Below, piece after piece: positions 24,851 through 36,113 of a DNA stretch of 64,000 nucleotides. The DNA is from Basidiobolus meristosporus CBS 931.73 (Eukaryota > Fungi > Basidiobolomycota). Positions within the stretch are counted from its first letter, which is position 1, and the number at the start of each line of letters is the position of its first letter. A program made the translations under genes and the position numbers. The stretch is from NCBI GenBank assembly GCA_002104905.1, contig MCFE01000329.1, positions 29,995-93,994 of the forward strand, read 5' to 3'. The notes under the pieces are model-generated. The model did no database searches and was not told the DNA's origin. It saw only the letters and a list, made by a program, of their open reading frames with translations.

Positions 24851-25970
24851 ATGTCACTCAACTCCCTAAAAATCGTACCTGAGGAAGAGTATGCCAAACT
24901 GCTCTCCGACTTGGACTTGCCACTGGAGCCCAAGCCCATCCAGACCTTGTTCCCCGAACCCTCCCCTTCCGCCGAAACGGTTCCCTTGCGAGTCGAACCG
25001 CAGCCCGGCTTTATTGTAAGAACGGTCACCTCTTCGAAGAGTAGGGCGTTCCCCTTGAACCATTCTATCTTCATCAACGTTTGCCACTCCCCCGAATTCC
25101 CCAAGCCCCCCGCGGTCACCGAAGAAGAGATCCAAAAGGCGCTGAACGCCGATGCCACCACGAAATATCAGATCCCCTTGAGCCTTACGGAACCAAGAGT
25201 CGACACCGATGGTGAATACTTCACTCATTTATTTTCGAACCACTTGTGGAAGACAATGGGATTCTTATTAAATATGTATCGCCCTTCTGATAGATGGAAA
25301 ATCTTGCTTGGTTTTTGACGCGTGTATCCACAGTGAGCCTTATCAAAGGGCCTGCCAAGATTTTGATTTTCGACTGTATGTGATAGAGTTGGCCATAGAG
25401 TGGGTGGAAGAGAAGAACCAACTCACGTTGAGACGAGGTAGGTCCCTCTCGAACTGAAACCCGGCTGGGGCTTATCTATTCACACTCCCCGCTTCAAACA
25501 GAATTCACTCTTCCTCCTGGTGGCTCCAAGGGTCAACTAGCCCCTCACACCATCCCGGTATTAAAAGAAGCCCCAATCACAGAATTCGACTCGGCTCGCC
25601 AGCAGACGACGAAAAAGCCCCAACCTGCCCCGAAGGCTGGGTCGATCCGAGTGCCGGAGTATCGGCTTCAGGAGCTCCCTGGTTTGTCCGGCCCTTCGAA
25701 GCAACTTCACCTCTCCGTTATGCTCCCCGACTTGGTAGACTCCCCTTCACCGTGCACGCCATAACCCCTCACTAACGTCCCTCCCTGCAGGTCAATACGA
25801 AAACCACGACCCTGGACATTGAGCCTGAACAGCTGATCTTAGACACGCCAAACATGTACCATTTGGAGGTTCCCTTCCCTTACACTATAGACATCACACA
25901 GGGCAGAGCGTTGTTTAGCAGAAATAGCAAAGTGCTAAAAGTCATGTTGCATAGGCTGGAACAGGAATGA
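24851..25970 (+). CDS. PIH1: PIH1-domain protein with C-terminal CS domain, multi-exon
   Basis: VEPQPGFIVRT, IFINVCHS, YQIPLSL, and after splicing SCLVFDAC, LYVIELAIEWVEE and a CS-like LEVPFPY.ID...GRALFSRNSKVLKV. Three GT-AG introns placed by eye. Confidence 0.8.
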
Positions 25971-26231
25971 AAAAGACCATCCACTCTCCACTCTCCACTC
26001 TCCACTCCCCCACTTGCCAATAAATCCACTCGGCCAACGAAAAGATGAACAAATTAAACAACACCTTAAACCAGATCCGGACCGGGTGGCACGGTCGATC
26101 TGGGATGCGAGGGGAAATCACTTTTTTTTTCCACAAAATTTCTTTACTTGATTTTTTTCCCAGTAGATATCGGCCAACCCAGCGGTACCATACTGCTATT
26201 CTTCTCCGAAGCTTGCCAACACCCACCCACT

Positions 26232-27829
26232 ATGTCCAAAAGAGAAGCCCCGGATTTCGAGGAACCCGAGAACAAGACCTCCATCTTGGAGAACGGCAAG
26301 GCCGCCATCAAGGGCGAGAACGGAGACGTCGAGATGGGCGAGTTCGAGGATAACTGGGAAGACGAGATAGAGTCGGAGGAAGATGTGATCGATGGAGAGG
26401 AACAAGAAGGTATTTGAGGTTCTGTTGCTTGTATCGGGGGCGAAAGGTTTCGTGGCTCGGTGTGCTAAACGTCCCCCTTTCTCACCAAGGTATGGAGGTT
26501 GACGAGGAGGAGGAGGAGGAAAAGGAGCCCGAGGTTCAGGTCTACCTGCCCGGTCAAACCATGGAGAAGGACGAGGTTCTTGAGGTCGACAACTCCGCCT
26601 ACCACATGCTCCACACGATGACGGTCAAATGGCCTTGCCTGAGTTTCGACATCTTGCACGACAACCTTGGCGAGAACAGAAACACCGTAAGTCTTGATTC
26701 TTCTCTCCCGGCGTACGCGTAACGGACGTCTAACGAACGAATTCTTTCCCCACCTGTCTAGTACCCTGCCACTTCCTACCTCGTCACTGGCACCCAGGCG
26801 GACCGGGCCAAGAACAACGAGTTGATCGTGATGAAGATGTCCCAGCTCTGCAAAACCATCCACGACAACGATGACTCGGACGCTGAGGACTCGGACGACG
26901 ATGTTGACGATGACCCGATTCTCGAGACCAAGAGCGTCAAGCACGTTGGCGGCGTCAACCGAGTCAGAGCCATGCCGCAACCCGGAAACCAGATCGTTGC
27001 CACCTGGGCTGAGACTGGTAAGGTGCATATCTGGGATGTAGCCCCATTGGTCAACGCCTTGGATTCTCCGGGAGCCACCATTCCTCAGCACGCCATGCAG
27101 CCCATCTACACCGTTGGCAGTCATTCAGTGGAGGGATTCGCCATGGACTGGTCGGAAACGGTCACCGGCAGACTCCTCACCGGTGACTTCAACAAGAACA
27201 TCTACCTCACCAACCCAGCCGAGAGCACCTTCCTCCCCGACATGGTTCCGTTCCACGGACACACCTCCTCCATCGAGGATATCCAGTGGTCGCCCAACCA
27301 GAAGAGCGTGTTTGCCAGTTGCTCCGCCGATCAGACCGTGCGCATCTGGGATGTCAAGAACAAGAAGAAGGATGTCTTCTCCATCAAGGCCCACGACGCC
27401 GACGTCAACGTCATCTCCTGGAACAGAAAGGTCAACTACCTCCTGGCGTCCGGCTCGGACGACGGCGTATTCAGCATCTGGGACATGCGTACCTTCTCCA
27501 ACCAAACCACCCCCACCCCTGTGGCCACCTTCAAGTGGCATTCCGCCCCCATTACATCGATCGAATGGCATCCTCACGAGGAGTCGGTGCTCGGCGTAGC
27601 CGGAGCCGACGACCAAGTGACCATCTGGGACTTGTCTGTCGAGCAGGATGCCGAAGAAGAGGGAGGAGTGATCATGCAAGAGAACGGCATGCAAGTGCCA
27701 CCCCAACTTCTGTTCATCCACCAAGGACAGAACGACATCAAGGAGATCCATTGGCACAAGCAAATCCCCGGCTGCATGGTGAGCACCGCCGGGTCCGGAT
27801 TCAACATCTTCAAGACCATCTCCGTGTAG
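26232..27829 (+). CDS. RRB1: Ribosome assembly WD40 protein Rrb1/GRWD1, three exons
   Basis: MGEFEDNWEDE, LEVDNSAYHMLH.MTVKWPCLSFDI, HVGGVNRVRAM, EGFAMDWS, HTSSIEDIQWSP, PPQLLFIHQGQ.DIKEIHWH.QIPG...TA.SGFNIFKTISV. Confidence 0.95.
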
Positions 27830-28201
27830 AACGCCCTCCCCCAAGCATTTGTTTCCATTAGTCCAACTACCTTAGAGGAAACAGATCCCATCTTGTCACC
27901 CAATCTTCCTGCGCTTATTATAAGAATAATTCGAGATTAATATCAGCGATCGATTTTGAATTGCTGGTTGTTCATGGCTCTTCCTTGTGAGTTAACTATA
28001 AATAAACCCCCCAATATGCACCGAGCCCCCGCGAGCGGCTATTTCCCCTCGTCGACCAATCGACCGCCATCCCCTATATTACCCCGGCTCGCCCGGTGCC
28101 CAGAAATAACCACCGGATCGGCGAGCGGTGGATATAATTACAACGGACGCTGGGTATAAATCCCCGTCGGGGCCGTTGTGCTGCCAAGGAATTAGTCTAA
28201 C

Positions 28202-28918
28202 ATGCGTCTCTTTAGCTTTTATACCACGCTGCTGGCCCTGTCGGTCTCGGTGAGATGCCAGTCGGTATCCAGCGATATCGTCCCGGCCACCACCCTCGTG
28301 AATGTGGTTAGTGGGTCGACGGTGTCGCTCGTTCTGCCCGGGGAAACCATCCTCGTGACCATGAGTCAGTTGTCGATGAGCACTAGCGCACCGCCTACTA
28401 GCGCCGCCTCCATTAGCCCGTCCAGTACAAGCCAAGCCACCTCCACTGCCACCACCAGTAGTACAAGCTCGTCTACGAGCTCCTCTGCAAGCTCCTCATC
28501 CTCACCAACGTCCACCATGGGCGTCAGTAGCACCGGCGGATCGGCCGCCACTTCCCCCGCCAAGTGTATCCCGGTCACCAAAACCTACGAGAAGTGTCCG
28601 CCACCGACCCCGACTCACGACGATTGCGACGACGACGACAACGACCACGACGAGGATGATGATGACTGCGACGACGATGGGGATGATGGTGATGATGACG
28701 GCGATGATTGTGACGACGACGACGACGATGGTGACAATGGTGACGATGGTGACGGTGATGACTGTGACGATCAGCCAGGGAAGGAGTGCACCCATGGAAC
28801 GTATATTTGTGACGGCAATGATTTAAGACAGTGTGTCAATGGATACTGGAAATACAAAAAATGTAGCCACGACACGTGTTGTCAGAGTATTAGTGACCGT
28901 CGAGTGATTTGTGCGTAA
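28202..28918 (+). CDS. Secreted Ser/Thr-rich, Asp-rich protein with a C-terminal Cys module (CBM19-like)
   Basis: Signal peptide, S/T stalk, poly-Asp tract with spaced Cys, and terminal CTHGTYICDGNDLRQCVNGYWKYKKCSHDTCC. TATA-like gtataaat lies just upstream (~28155). Confidence 0.7.
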   Translation: MRLFSFYTTLLALSVSVRCQSVSSDIVPATTLVNVVSGSTVSLVLPGETILVTMSQLSMSTSAPPTSAASISPSSTSQATSTATTSSTSSSTSSSASSSSSPTSTMGVSSTGGSAATSPAKCIPVTKTYEKCPPPTPTHDDCDDDDNDHDEDDDDCDDDGDDGDDDGDDCDDDDDDGDNGDDGDGDDCDDQPGKECTHGTYICDGNDLRQCVNGYWKYKKCSHDTCCQSISDRRVICA

Positions 28919-29244
28919 TATGAAGTGAAATAAAACCGAGCGATTTCCACAGAACATCCACCCCACCAGATTCTCTGCACCGCCCACGGCAACGTGCGTC
29001 ACTCGCGCCAGGCCAAATGATGGCTGCCCTGTCGGATTGGCTCGCGCCGGGGCGATTGGCATACCACCGCAGGTAGAAATCCATGATTGATCTCGACCTA
29101 TATTATGGGCGATTTTTTGGTGGCGAGGGTGGGGAATCCGGAAATTTTCTTCGCTCTGGCCAGATTGTTGTTCGACGTACTTCTCACCAAGGTTCGAAGA
29201 CAAGTGTAAGATGCAGTTCGCCAGATTCACCCCACTAGTACGAA

Positions 29245-30071
29245 ATGTCGCCGCTCGTGTAAGTCCCCCGGAATACCCCCCCGGTTTCCGCCTCCTAGGA
29301 CGCTCCCGGGATGTACGAAACCTGAGCTAACTCCACTTTATTACAGGCGCCCCTCCGCGCCAGTCTCAGACAGATGAGTAAGCTGATCTCCACCCGATTG
29401 TAAACTAGAAGCCCTCGTGTTTGGTCGCGATTTAACCGAGGTATTCCCCCAACTTAGGTCAACTTCCCTCGCTCAACAAAGTGATCTTGATGGGCCAGGC
29501 ATCCTACCCCAAGATCAGAGACCTGCCAAGCGGTGGTCGTGTAGTGGATTTCATGCTTTCCACCACCCACCCCTCCAACAACGAAGGTATCCCCCACCAC
29601 CTGGTCTATTACGAACACCCGCTCGAGCAAACGCCAACCCACCCGTTCTTTTTATTTAGAAAAGACAACCGTGCGCTACCACAAGGTCAAGTCCTACAAC
29701 AGCGCCGTCGCCGACATGGTGAACGAGCGCCTAGGAGACAGGTGAGTCGTATCTCCTCTCGACATATCGGGCCCGGTCCAGTGTCCAGGATACCGGTTGC
29801 TCACCAAACTGTTTCTTAGCCAACACACTACGGTCTACGTTGAAGGATCCTTGGCTACCAGGCGCTATGTAGACAGAAATGGGGAAACCCGTTACGACAC
29901 CTTTGTTTACGGAGGTAATTAATCGCATTGGCTGAACCCCTCCCCTCTCCTAGGATCCTAATATTAAGTTGACCGATTTTAGACAAGGTGGTGTTCTTAC
30001 CACTTAAAGATTCTGAATCCCATGAGCCCGCTCCTCAGCATGGGGAGGAGCCTACCCCCGAAGGCTGGTAA
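29245..30071 (+). CDS. RIM1: Mitochondrial single-stranded DNA-binding protein (SSB/Rim1), multi-exon; 5' exons uncertain
   Basis: Spliced product SLNKVILMGQA..KIRDLPSGGRVVDFMLST...EKTTVRYHKVKSY...VYVEGSLATRRYVDRNGETRY is an SSB OB-fold pattern. Confidence 0.75.
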
Positions 30072-31047
30072 GAAGCAACCTTGGCGACAAATGGAAATAA
30101 GATTCACAAGATGTATATGTAATAAAGGGATAATCAATCAGGCCCTGCATATTTGGTTAATTTGATAGAGCAAGTCAGCGCTCGTGTCACTGGGACATTC
30201 AAGCACCATTATCTATCCCCTAAGTTCAAGCTCGAGTTGGTGGGTGGGGGTACAATCGCAACATATCTATGCACCATTAATTACGCCACGGTCGCTGAGA
30301 GAGCGCAAAATCACCCATTCCGGCCATCCTTCATGATGGGATTTTCCTGCATAGCCGCGGCTCCCTCCAACCCAATGTTTCACATCCCGCTCAATGGGAA
30401 GAAAGTAAGCTTATTCCAGGTTAAGCTTCGGCCAGTGTCTCCCGGCCAGATCGATACCGGTTTGCCCACGCATGCAATCATATTGAACATCAAGAAACCA
30501 ATATCCGTCGGCGCATCGAGATGTCGTACGTGAATAGTTTGCCCAGGTTGGCGTGAGTGCAGACGACTTGTTCCTGTGCAATGGCAACCAATTTAGATCC
30601 TCCGGATCTCGGGGCGATGATTGGTCGGGATCAATTGATTTAGTGAATGGCTCCTTGTGACACGCAGCAGCAGACAAGGTTAGTTTTGACCTCCGTCAGG
30701 TAAGGTTTCGTAGGGAATTCGCTACCAAGGCGCGCCCACCAGTTACACCGTCTCAAATGGATTTCCTGAGGCTGTCGATTTGGTTGGTTACTAGTGGAAT
30801 TGATTCCCCTCTGACGAACTTGATTCCTAAAGCATCGACTAACACTCCATTGACTTATTTGACCATTTGCCAACCTCTGGTGCATTGATTTGGAAAATCA
30901 TCTGATGGTTTCCATGCTGCCACTTAAACCTGTTCTGGGGTTGGTTGCAGCGATTGAGTTTTCTATGGAACGTATATAACCGGCATAATTGTCTCTGGTG
31001 CAGATGTGCACATCTACCTTTAGTTTCCATCCCCTCCGACCCACACC

Positions 31048-32642
31048 ATGCGAAGACTCCATGTATCGCTGATCATTCTGTTCATAGTCGCTGGCTACTT
31101 CTACTTCAAGTCCCCTTCACATGTGGATGAGGCTGTGTCCCCCCCAGAATCCGACCTTAGCCAGATCCCACTGGGCCCGACAAGTACTGGCTACGACCTG
31201 GTGGTGCTCATCAATTCGGAGACCGCCGACTTCGACAACCGCCAACTCTTGCGCAGGGAGTTGTTCAACCTGCCCAACAACCTGACCCCTTGCCGTCAGC
31301 TCAATGGCCGGATCCATTACAAGTTCTTCATCACCCAGGGCAACGTCAGGAGCGAGCTGCTGCGTCGATTGAGATCGGAGATTATGGAGTATGACGATAT
31401 CGTTGCTCTTCCCCGCATGCCTACATGGGAAAAGGAGCTCGCTATGCTCCAATGGGTAAGTTTATCACCAGGTCTCAAGTGAGGCGAGCATCCCATTAAC
31501 CAAACAACGCAATCTAGGTGGACTCCGATCAAGGGCCCGAGGAGTATCGCAATGCAATGTTGCTGGACTCCCATACGTACGTCCGATTCGACCAAATCCT
31601 GGCCGAGCTGGACTACATGGCCAAGGAATCCTCGGAGGCCGAGCGCAACCAGCCTATCCTCTGGGGAAGCCTGGAGGCGGAGAGAAACCAAACCCGCGCG
31701 GTCATCCTGGGGGAGAGTCTGGTCGGAGACCTGTTGAACATCCCCGACCTGCTTCCACCCCGTGGATCCGAAGCCTCCATCCTCTCTCACATCTTGGATA
31801 ACCGGTCCGACGACCTTGTCTCGCACATCTCTCTCATCAACGACAACCGCTTTGTGGAATGGCCAAACAACCCCTACACGGTGCCCAAGAACTCTCTGGC
31901 CATCTCCATGGTCTACCAGCCCGACGACTTCGCCCGGATCACCGACTGGTTCAAGCCAGAGCAGCCCCAGCTGTGCTCCATGACGCGGCCGGAGAACAGG
32001 ATCGGAGTGATCACCAGTAGCTTCATCTACAAGGACAACTGTATGCTGGACGCCAGCATCCCCAGCACCATGAACAAGAGGAGCTACGCGAAGAAGCACG
32101 ACTACTCGTTCATCGCTCGGTCGAGCGAGTTTGCCCAGCAGGTATTCCGCGGGCGTCGTATCGTCTGGGGAAAGATTGACGCGATCGAGAAGACCCTCCC
32201 GGAGTACGACTGGCTGTTCTGGCTCGACATGGATGCGGTGATCATGAACGAGGAGATCCGCGTGGAGGACATCCTGGAGAAGTTCCGACAGGACCTGGGG
32301 GATGAGGAATTCTCCAAGAAGAGCCTCTTCGTGACCAAGCCGAAGCACGACCCCATGATCAATGCGGGGGTCTTCCTTCTCAAGAACTCCGTGTGGTCGT
32401 TCGATTTCCTTCGCGAGGTGCAGCACAGAAAGGAGAACTACAACAGGATCTTTTACGAGCAGCGGGCGATGTGGGAGGTGGCCCAGGAGCCCAAGTGGGC
32501 CGAGGGCGCCCACATCTTCGGCGACTCGAGCGTGTTCAACACCTTCCCCGAAGATTACGTGCCAGGAAACTTTGTGGTACACTTCGCGCCGGCTGGATGT
32601 CCCGCGGAGCAGGTGTTGGGGGCCCTGAGAACCGGCTTATGA
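31048..32642 (+). CDS. Type II membrane glycosyltransferase: GT31-like domain fused to a GT34 (Mnn10/Gma12) domain; intron 31456-31517
   Basis: N-terminal TM, then LVVLINS...RQLLR...YKFFI...LRSEIMEYDDIV (GT31-like), then WGKIDAIEKTLPEYDWLFWLDMDAVIMN, INAGVFLLKNS.WS.DFL, YEQRAM and FVVHFAPAGC (GT34). Confidence 0.8.
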
Positions 32643-32843
32643 ACTGGATTTCATCAATCTTAAACTTCATCGATTCCCATTGTGTACATATACTACGATC
32701 ATTCTATCTCACTAATTCGGCTCACGGCACCCTGATTCAATGGGCGCGGACTTCCAATTAATTCATTCGAGAACACTCTGTCTGCTTTATTATTTAATGT
32801 ATCCAAATCCATTGCAATTTCATTAAAATCCAATCAAATCGGT

Positions 32844-33398
32844 TCAGTGCTGAAGATTGTAGGCTAACACGCCGAGCATCCCGTACACGACTGGGTTGGA
32901 GCTGAGCTGGCTACCAGCTGCCCTGACAGAGGTTGCCCTGGCGTCCACAGAGGAGGCTACGCTCGATACCGCATGGGAGGCTGAGCTATAGATGCTTTGG
33001 ACTGCCGAGGTGGCGGAGGCAATGACGTTCGAGTTGGAAGAGGCCGCGGCCGGATCCAGCGAGGTTGCGGTGGGTGATATGGTGTTCGTGGCGCGGTGCG
33101 CCGCGGTACCGTCTGCTCCTTTGACACCGTCAGTCCCCGGAGAGGACCCATTGCTAGACACGCAACTTCTCAGGCAAGCAGGGAGATTAGGGTTGCTGCC
33201 ATCGCATTGGCCCACGCACTTCTGAACCTCAGCAGCGGAATCCCCAGTGGGGAAGGTGATACCCAAGCATTGAGCCTTGCAGGAGATATCATTCGTGTCA
33301 CATTTGCTCACACACCCAGAAACATCACTGGTGGCGGTCTGGGCCAGGCCAAGGCCGATTAAGGAGGAGATAAGTGTGACAGAGGTAAGGAATTTCAT
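32844..33398 (-). CDS. Small secreted Cys-rich, Ser/Ala-rich probable GPI-anchored cell-surface protein
   Basis: Signal peptide MKFLTSVTLISSLIGLGLA, 8-Cys N-domain (CxxxC..C.AxC..CxxxC..CxxxC), S/T/A stalk and hydrophobic C-terminus. Confidence 0.7.
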   Translation of the reverse strand: MKFLTSVTLISSLIGLGLAQTATSDVSGCVSKCDTNDISCKAQCLGITFPTGDSAAEVQKCVGQCDGSNPNLPACLRSCVSSNGSSPGTDGVKGADGTAAHRATNTISPTATSLDPAAASSNSNVIASATSAVQSIYSSASHAVSSVASSVDARATSVRAAGSQLSSNPVVYGMLGVLAYNLQH

Positions 33399-33565
33399 GG
33401 CTGAAGTAAAAAGCATGCAGTTGCAGTGAGCTGAGAACGGAACGGAAGCGGCAGCCTTTATACACCCAGCTCATGGAGGTGAACCGGCTGCCGACATTAA
33501 TTATAGACCGACCGTTAATTGCTGTCGAGTAGGAAGGAGGTGACTTTGTTGCTATGTACTGTGAA

Positions 33566-33604
33566 CACCAATCACGCACCAATCACGCACCAATCACGCA
33601 CCAA
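33566..33604. promoter_or_regulatory. Triple tandem CCAAT-containing 11-mer (CACCAATCACG)x3 upstream of the GPI protein gene
   Basis: Exact 11-bp repeat, about 170-200 bp upstream of the ATG at 33398, with a TATA-like element near 33458. Confidence 0.4.
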
Positions 33605-34409
33605 CAATGTGGTTAAATTTAAGCTCAGTCCTAAGAATACTATGGTCGATGAACTAAGCTAGACAAGGATACCCAAGCAAATGACTCACCCCGCGTCCGG
33701 CCAATGGCTGGTCAGTATGGCTGATGGACTTTGTTATGGTATTGATAAGGTGTTGGGTGTTCTGGAATCCGGGATGAAAACCCATGTATATCAGCAGTGA
33801 GCATCTCCCCTGAAGTGAAAAAAAAACCTCCCCCGCCACATAAATTAGGCCCGACACCAACGCTAATCTACACTTCTCCGCCATAGCCTGGTTCATTGGA
33901 AGGTAAATATCAAGATTCAGATTCATTGTGTGCTGCGTCTGTGCTCGAATGAGGAAAACCTTTTCTCGGTAGACCTTTTAAGGTTGATGATATACCAAAT
34001 CTCTAAGAAGTTCTGACGAATCCATGGATGCATTCTACATGTCCCGTCAACCATCATACTCATCCCATTCTTCCGTAGATATGGCCAGACGTTGACCGTC
34101 GCGCCGAAAGATGCACTTGATAGGTAGGTTGATATTTCCGTAGAAGTCGGAACAGTAAGGCGAAGTGATTATACTAGAATCAATATCTCAATCAATCTGT
34201 CAATCCCCTGAATTGCAACGTGTTGAGAAACGATCAGGAATGATCTCCTTACTTGAACCGATTTTCCTTCCATCGATTCCATTAACTAATCGCCGAATCC
34301 AATCACCTTTTTAGGCTGGTCGCATGTAAATAAATGTTGAAACCATTAATTTATTTCCTCTATCTATTGTCGTTGATTTTGAAGGTTGGGTGGTCCAGTT
34401 GGTTAGTGA

Positions 34410-35302
34410 TTAGCCGCTTTCAACTGATGCGGTGGCAAACACGTTCTGATTGAAGGTGTTGAAGGGTAATCCTTTGTTCCACATTCTCCCGAAACTCAGG
34501 GTGAATTTCAGCTTGAATTTCTCGATCAGCGACTGCCTCTCGGTATTCTGGCTGTTCATTATGATGCTGAAGTTGGCCTCTCTGTCGCCAGTTGAAGCCT
34601 TGATCATTTTAAACATCTCGGTCAGGGCGATATTGGCGCAGGAGGCATCTGTAGCGTACAGCAGGGGAGATGCTGTAAGATTGGTTGTAGGTAAGGCGGG
34701 AGGTCGCGATGGCCAAAAGGGTTTGGTTCTGGTCAACCACGGCCAAGGAATACAGGTCAGGCTGCTCCAACCAGGCGTTCCACCACTTGGGACGCAAGAT
34801 ACCGGTGTACTTATACTCGAATTGGGAGATCTTTTGTGCTCCGATCTTGGTTGAGGGGAAGGAATTGGAGATGGTCGATATTTGCAGCGTGGCTCAATTC
34901 CTCGGGGATCTTGCCTTCGTACACATCGTTGTCGTAGAGCTTCGAGAAGCCGAGCTTCGCATAGTTGCCTTGCTGATCAACGACACCGTCAAGCCCGATG
35001 TTGTAATTTTCAAGAAGCTTCAGGGCATGCTTGAACAGAGTGAATCCATATCCCTTGCCTCTGTATTCCTTCAGGACATAGTACCAGCCCATATAAGCAA
35101 CCTGGTTCTCGTAACGGAAAATGGCTATACAGGCGATAGGCTCGTCGTTCAAGTGGCCAACCAGGAAGCCGTCGGGGTTGGCATGGAACAGGGTCTCCCA
35201 GTCGTGAACTCCGGAGTTCCACCCCTCCTTGTCTCCCCATTGATGGATGATTTTGGACTCCTCAAGAGTGGCAGGCTTGATCACAAACTGTTCTCCGAGC
35301 AT
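34410..35302 (-). pseudogene. YitH/HolE-like tandem GNAT acetyltransferase with two +1 frameshifts
   Basis: EGWNSGVHDW...DGFLVG.LNDEPIACI...YMGWYYV.KEYRGKGYG...IGLDGVVDQQGNYAKLGF, continuing after shifts at ~34849 and ~34663 into RPKWWNAWLEQP, SISP-LYA and the terminal ASVESG. Intronless. Confidence 0.75.
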
Positions 35303-36047
35303 CTTAGTGAAGAGGAAGCAATCCTTGGTGGACGAACAGGTTTGCCACCTTTATATAGTTCGGACCCCATTTGTTTTTTCTATTCCTAATATGATCGGAT
35401 ATTTGCTCCATCATCCTCCATCGTTTGAAATTTGTTGATCACCTTTTTGATTTCCAATCTCAATCGAGTCGCATTATGTAGATGTCAACTTGATTGCTAG
35501 GTTTTACGTGTGTCTTGCATGTAGTGTAGTATGCAGTGTAGTAGCCGAATGATCAAATAACATCTTGCATCCATGGAAGATATGAATAAAGGATTCAAAT
35601 GGTGAACTGCGACGTCACCTCTGGAAATCCTCATCGCTCAATATTAGAAGCGTGATGCCATTGTGTCGATCTGGGTTACGTTAGAATGTTCCATTAAAAT
35701 TACCATTCGTTTCACCTGGCATGGGATCGAAGTGTAAAATTGGGATAATCGAGATCTGATAGTTGTTGCTTATGTAACACACTTATGGTGCAATGATACC
35801 AATCATATGTACAGGGGGCCTCACAAATCAACTTTATGTGTGTCATTCCTAACGTAAGGAACCTCCACTGCCAACCCCTTATTTCGAACCTCTCCGGGTA
35901 TGAATCAATCTGGTGGCTTGGGTGTAATAAGGCGCTCACATCAAGAATACGGAGCGTACCAAGTTGATACAGGCTGGGAAACGTCCTCGTCGGTCCTGGT
36001 GGCTTAGATTGCTCCGAACCTCACCAGCTTCTAAGCCTCCATCTCGG

Positions 36048-36055
36048 TATAAAAG
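36048..36055 (+). promoter_or_regulatory. TATA box of the repeat-protein gene
   Basis: TATAAAAG lies 66 bp upstream of the ATG at 36114. Confidence 0.5.
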
Positions 36056-36113
36056 CCGCCTCCGAAGACAGTATTCCTCACCAATTGACTGCTTCCTGAG
36101 AACAATACTAAAG

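Noticed and set aside
31317-32582. 421-aa antisense ORF, and similar ones at 26465-27124, 27125-27844, 36327-36953 and 34709-35389
   Set aside because: These are shadow ORFs opposite GC3-rich or repetitive real genes, with no recognisable motifs.
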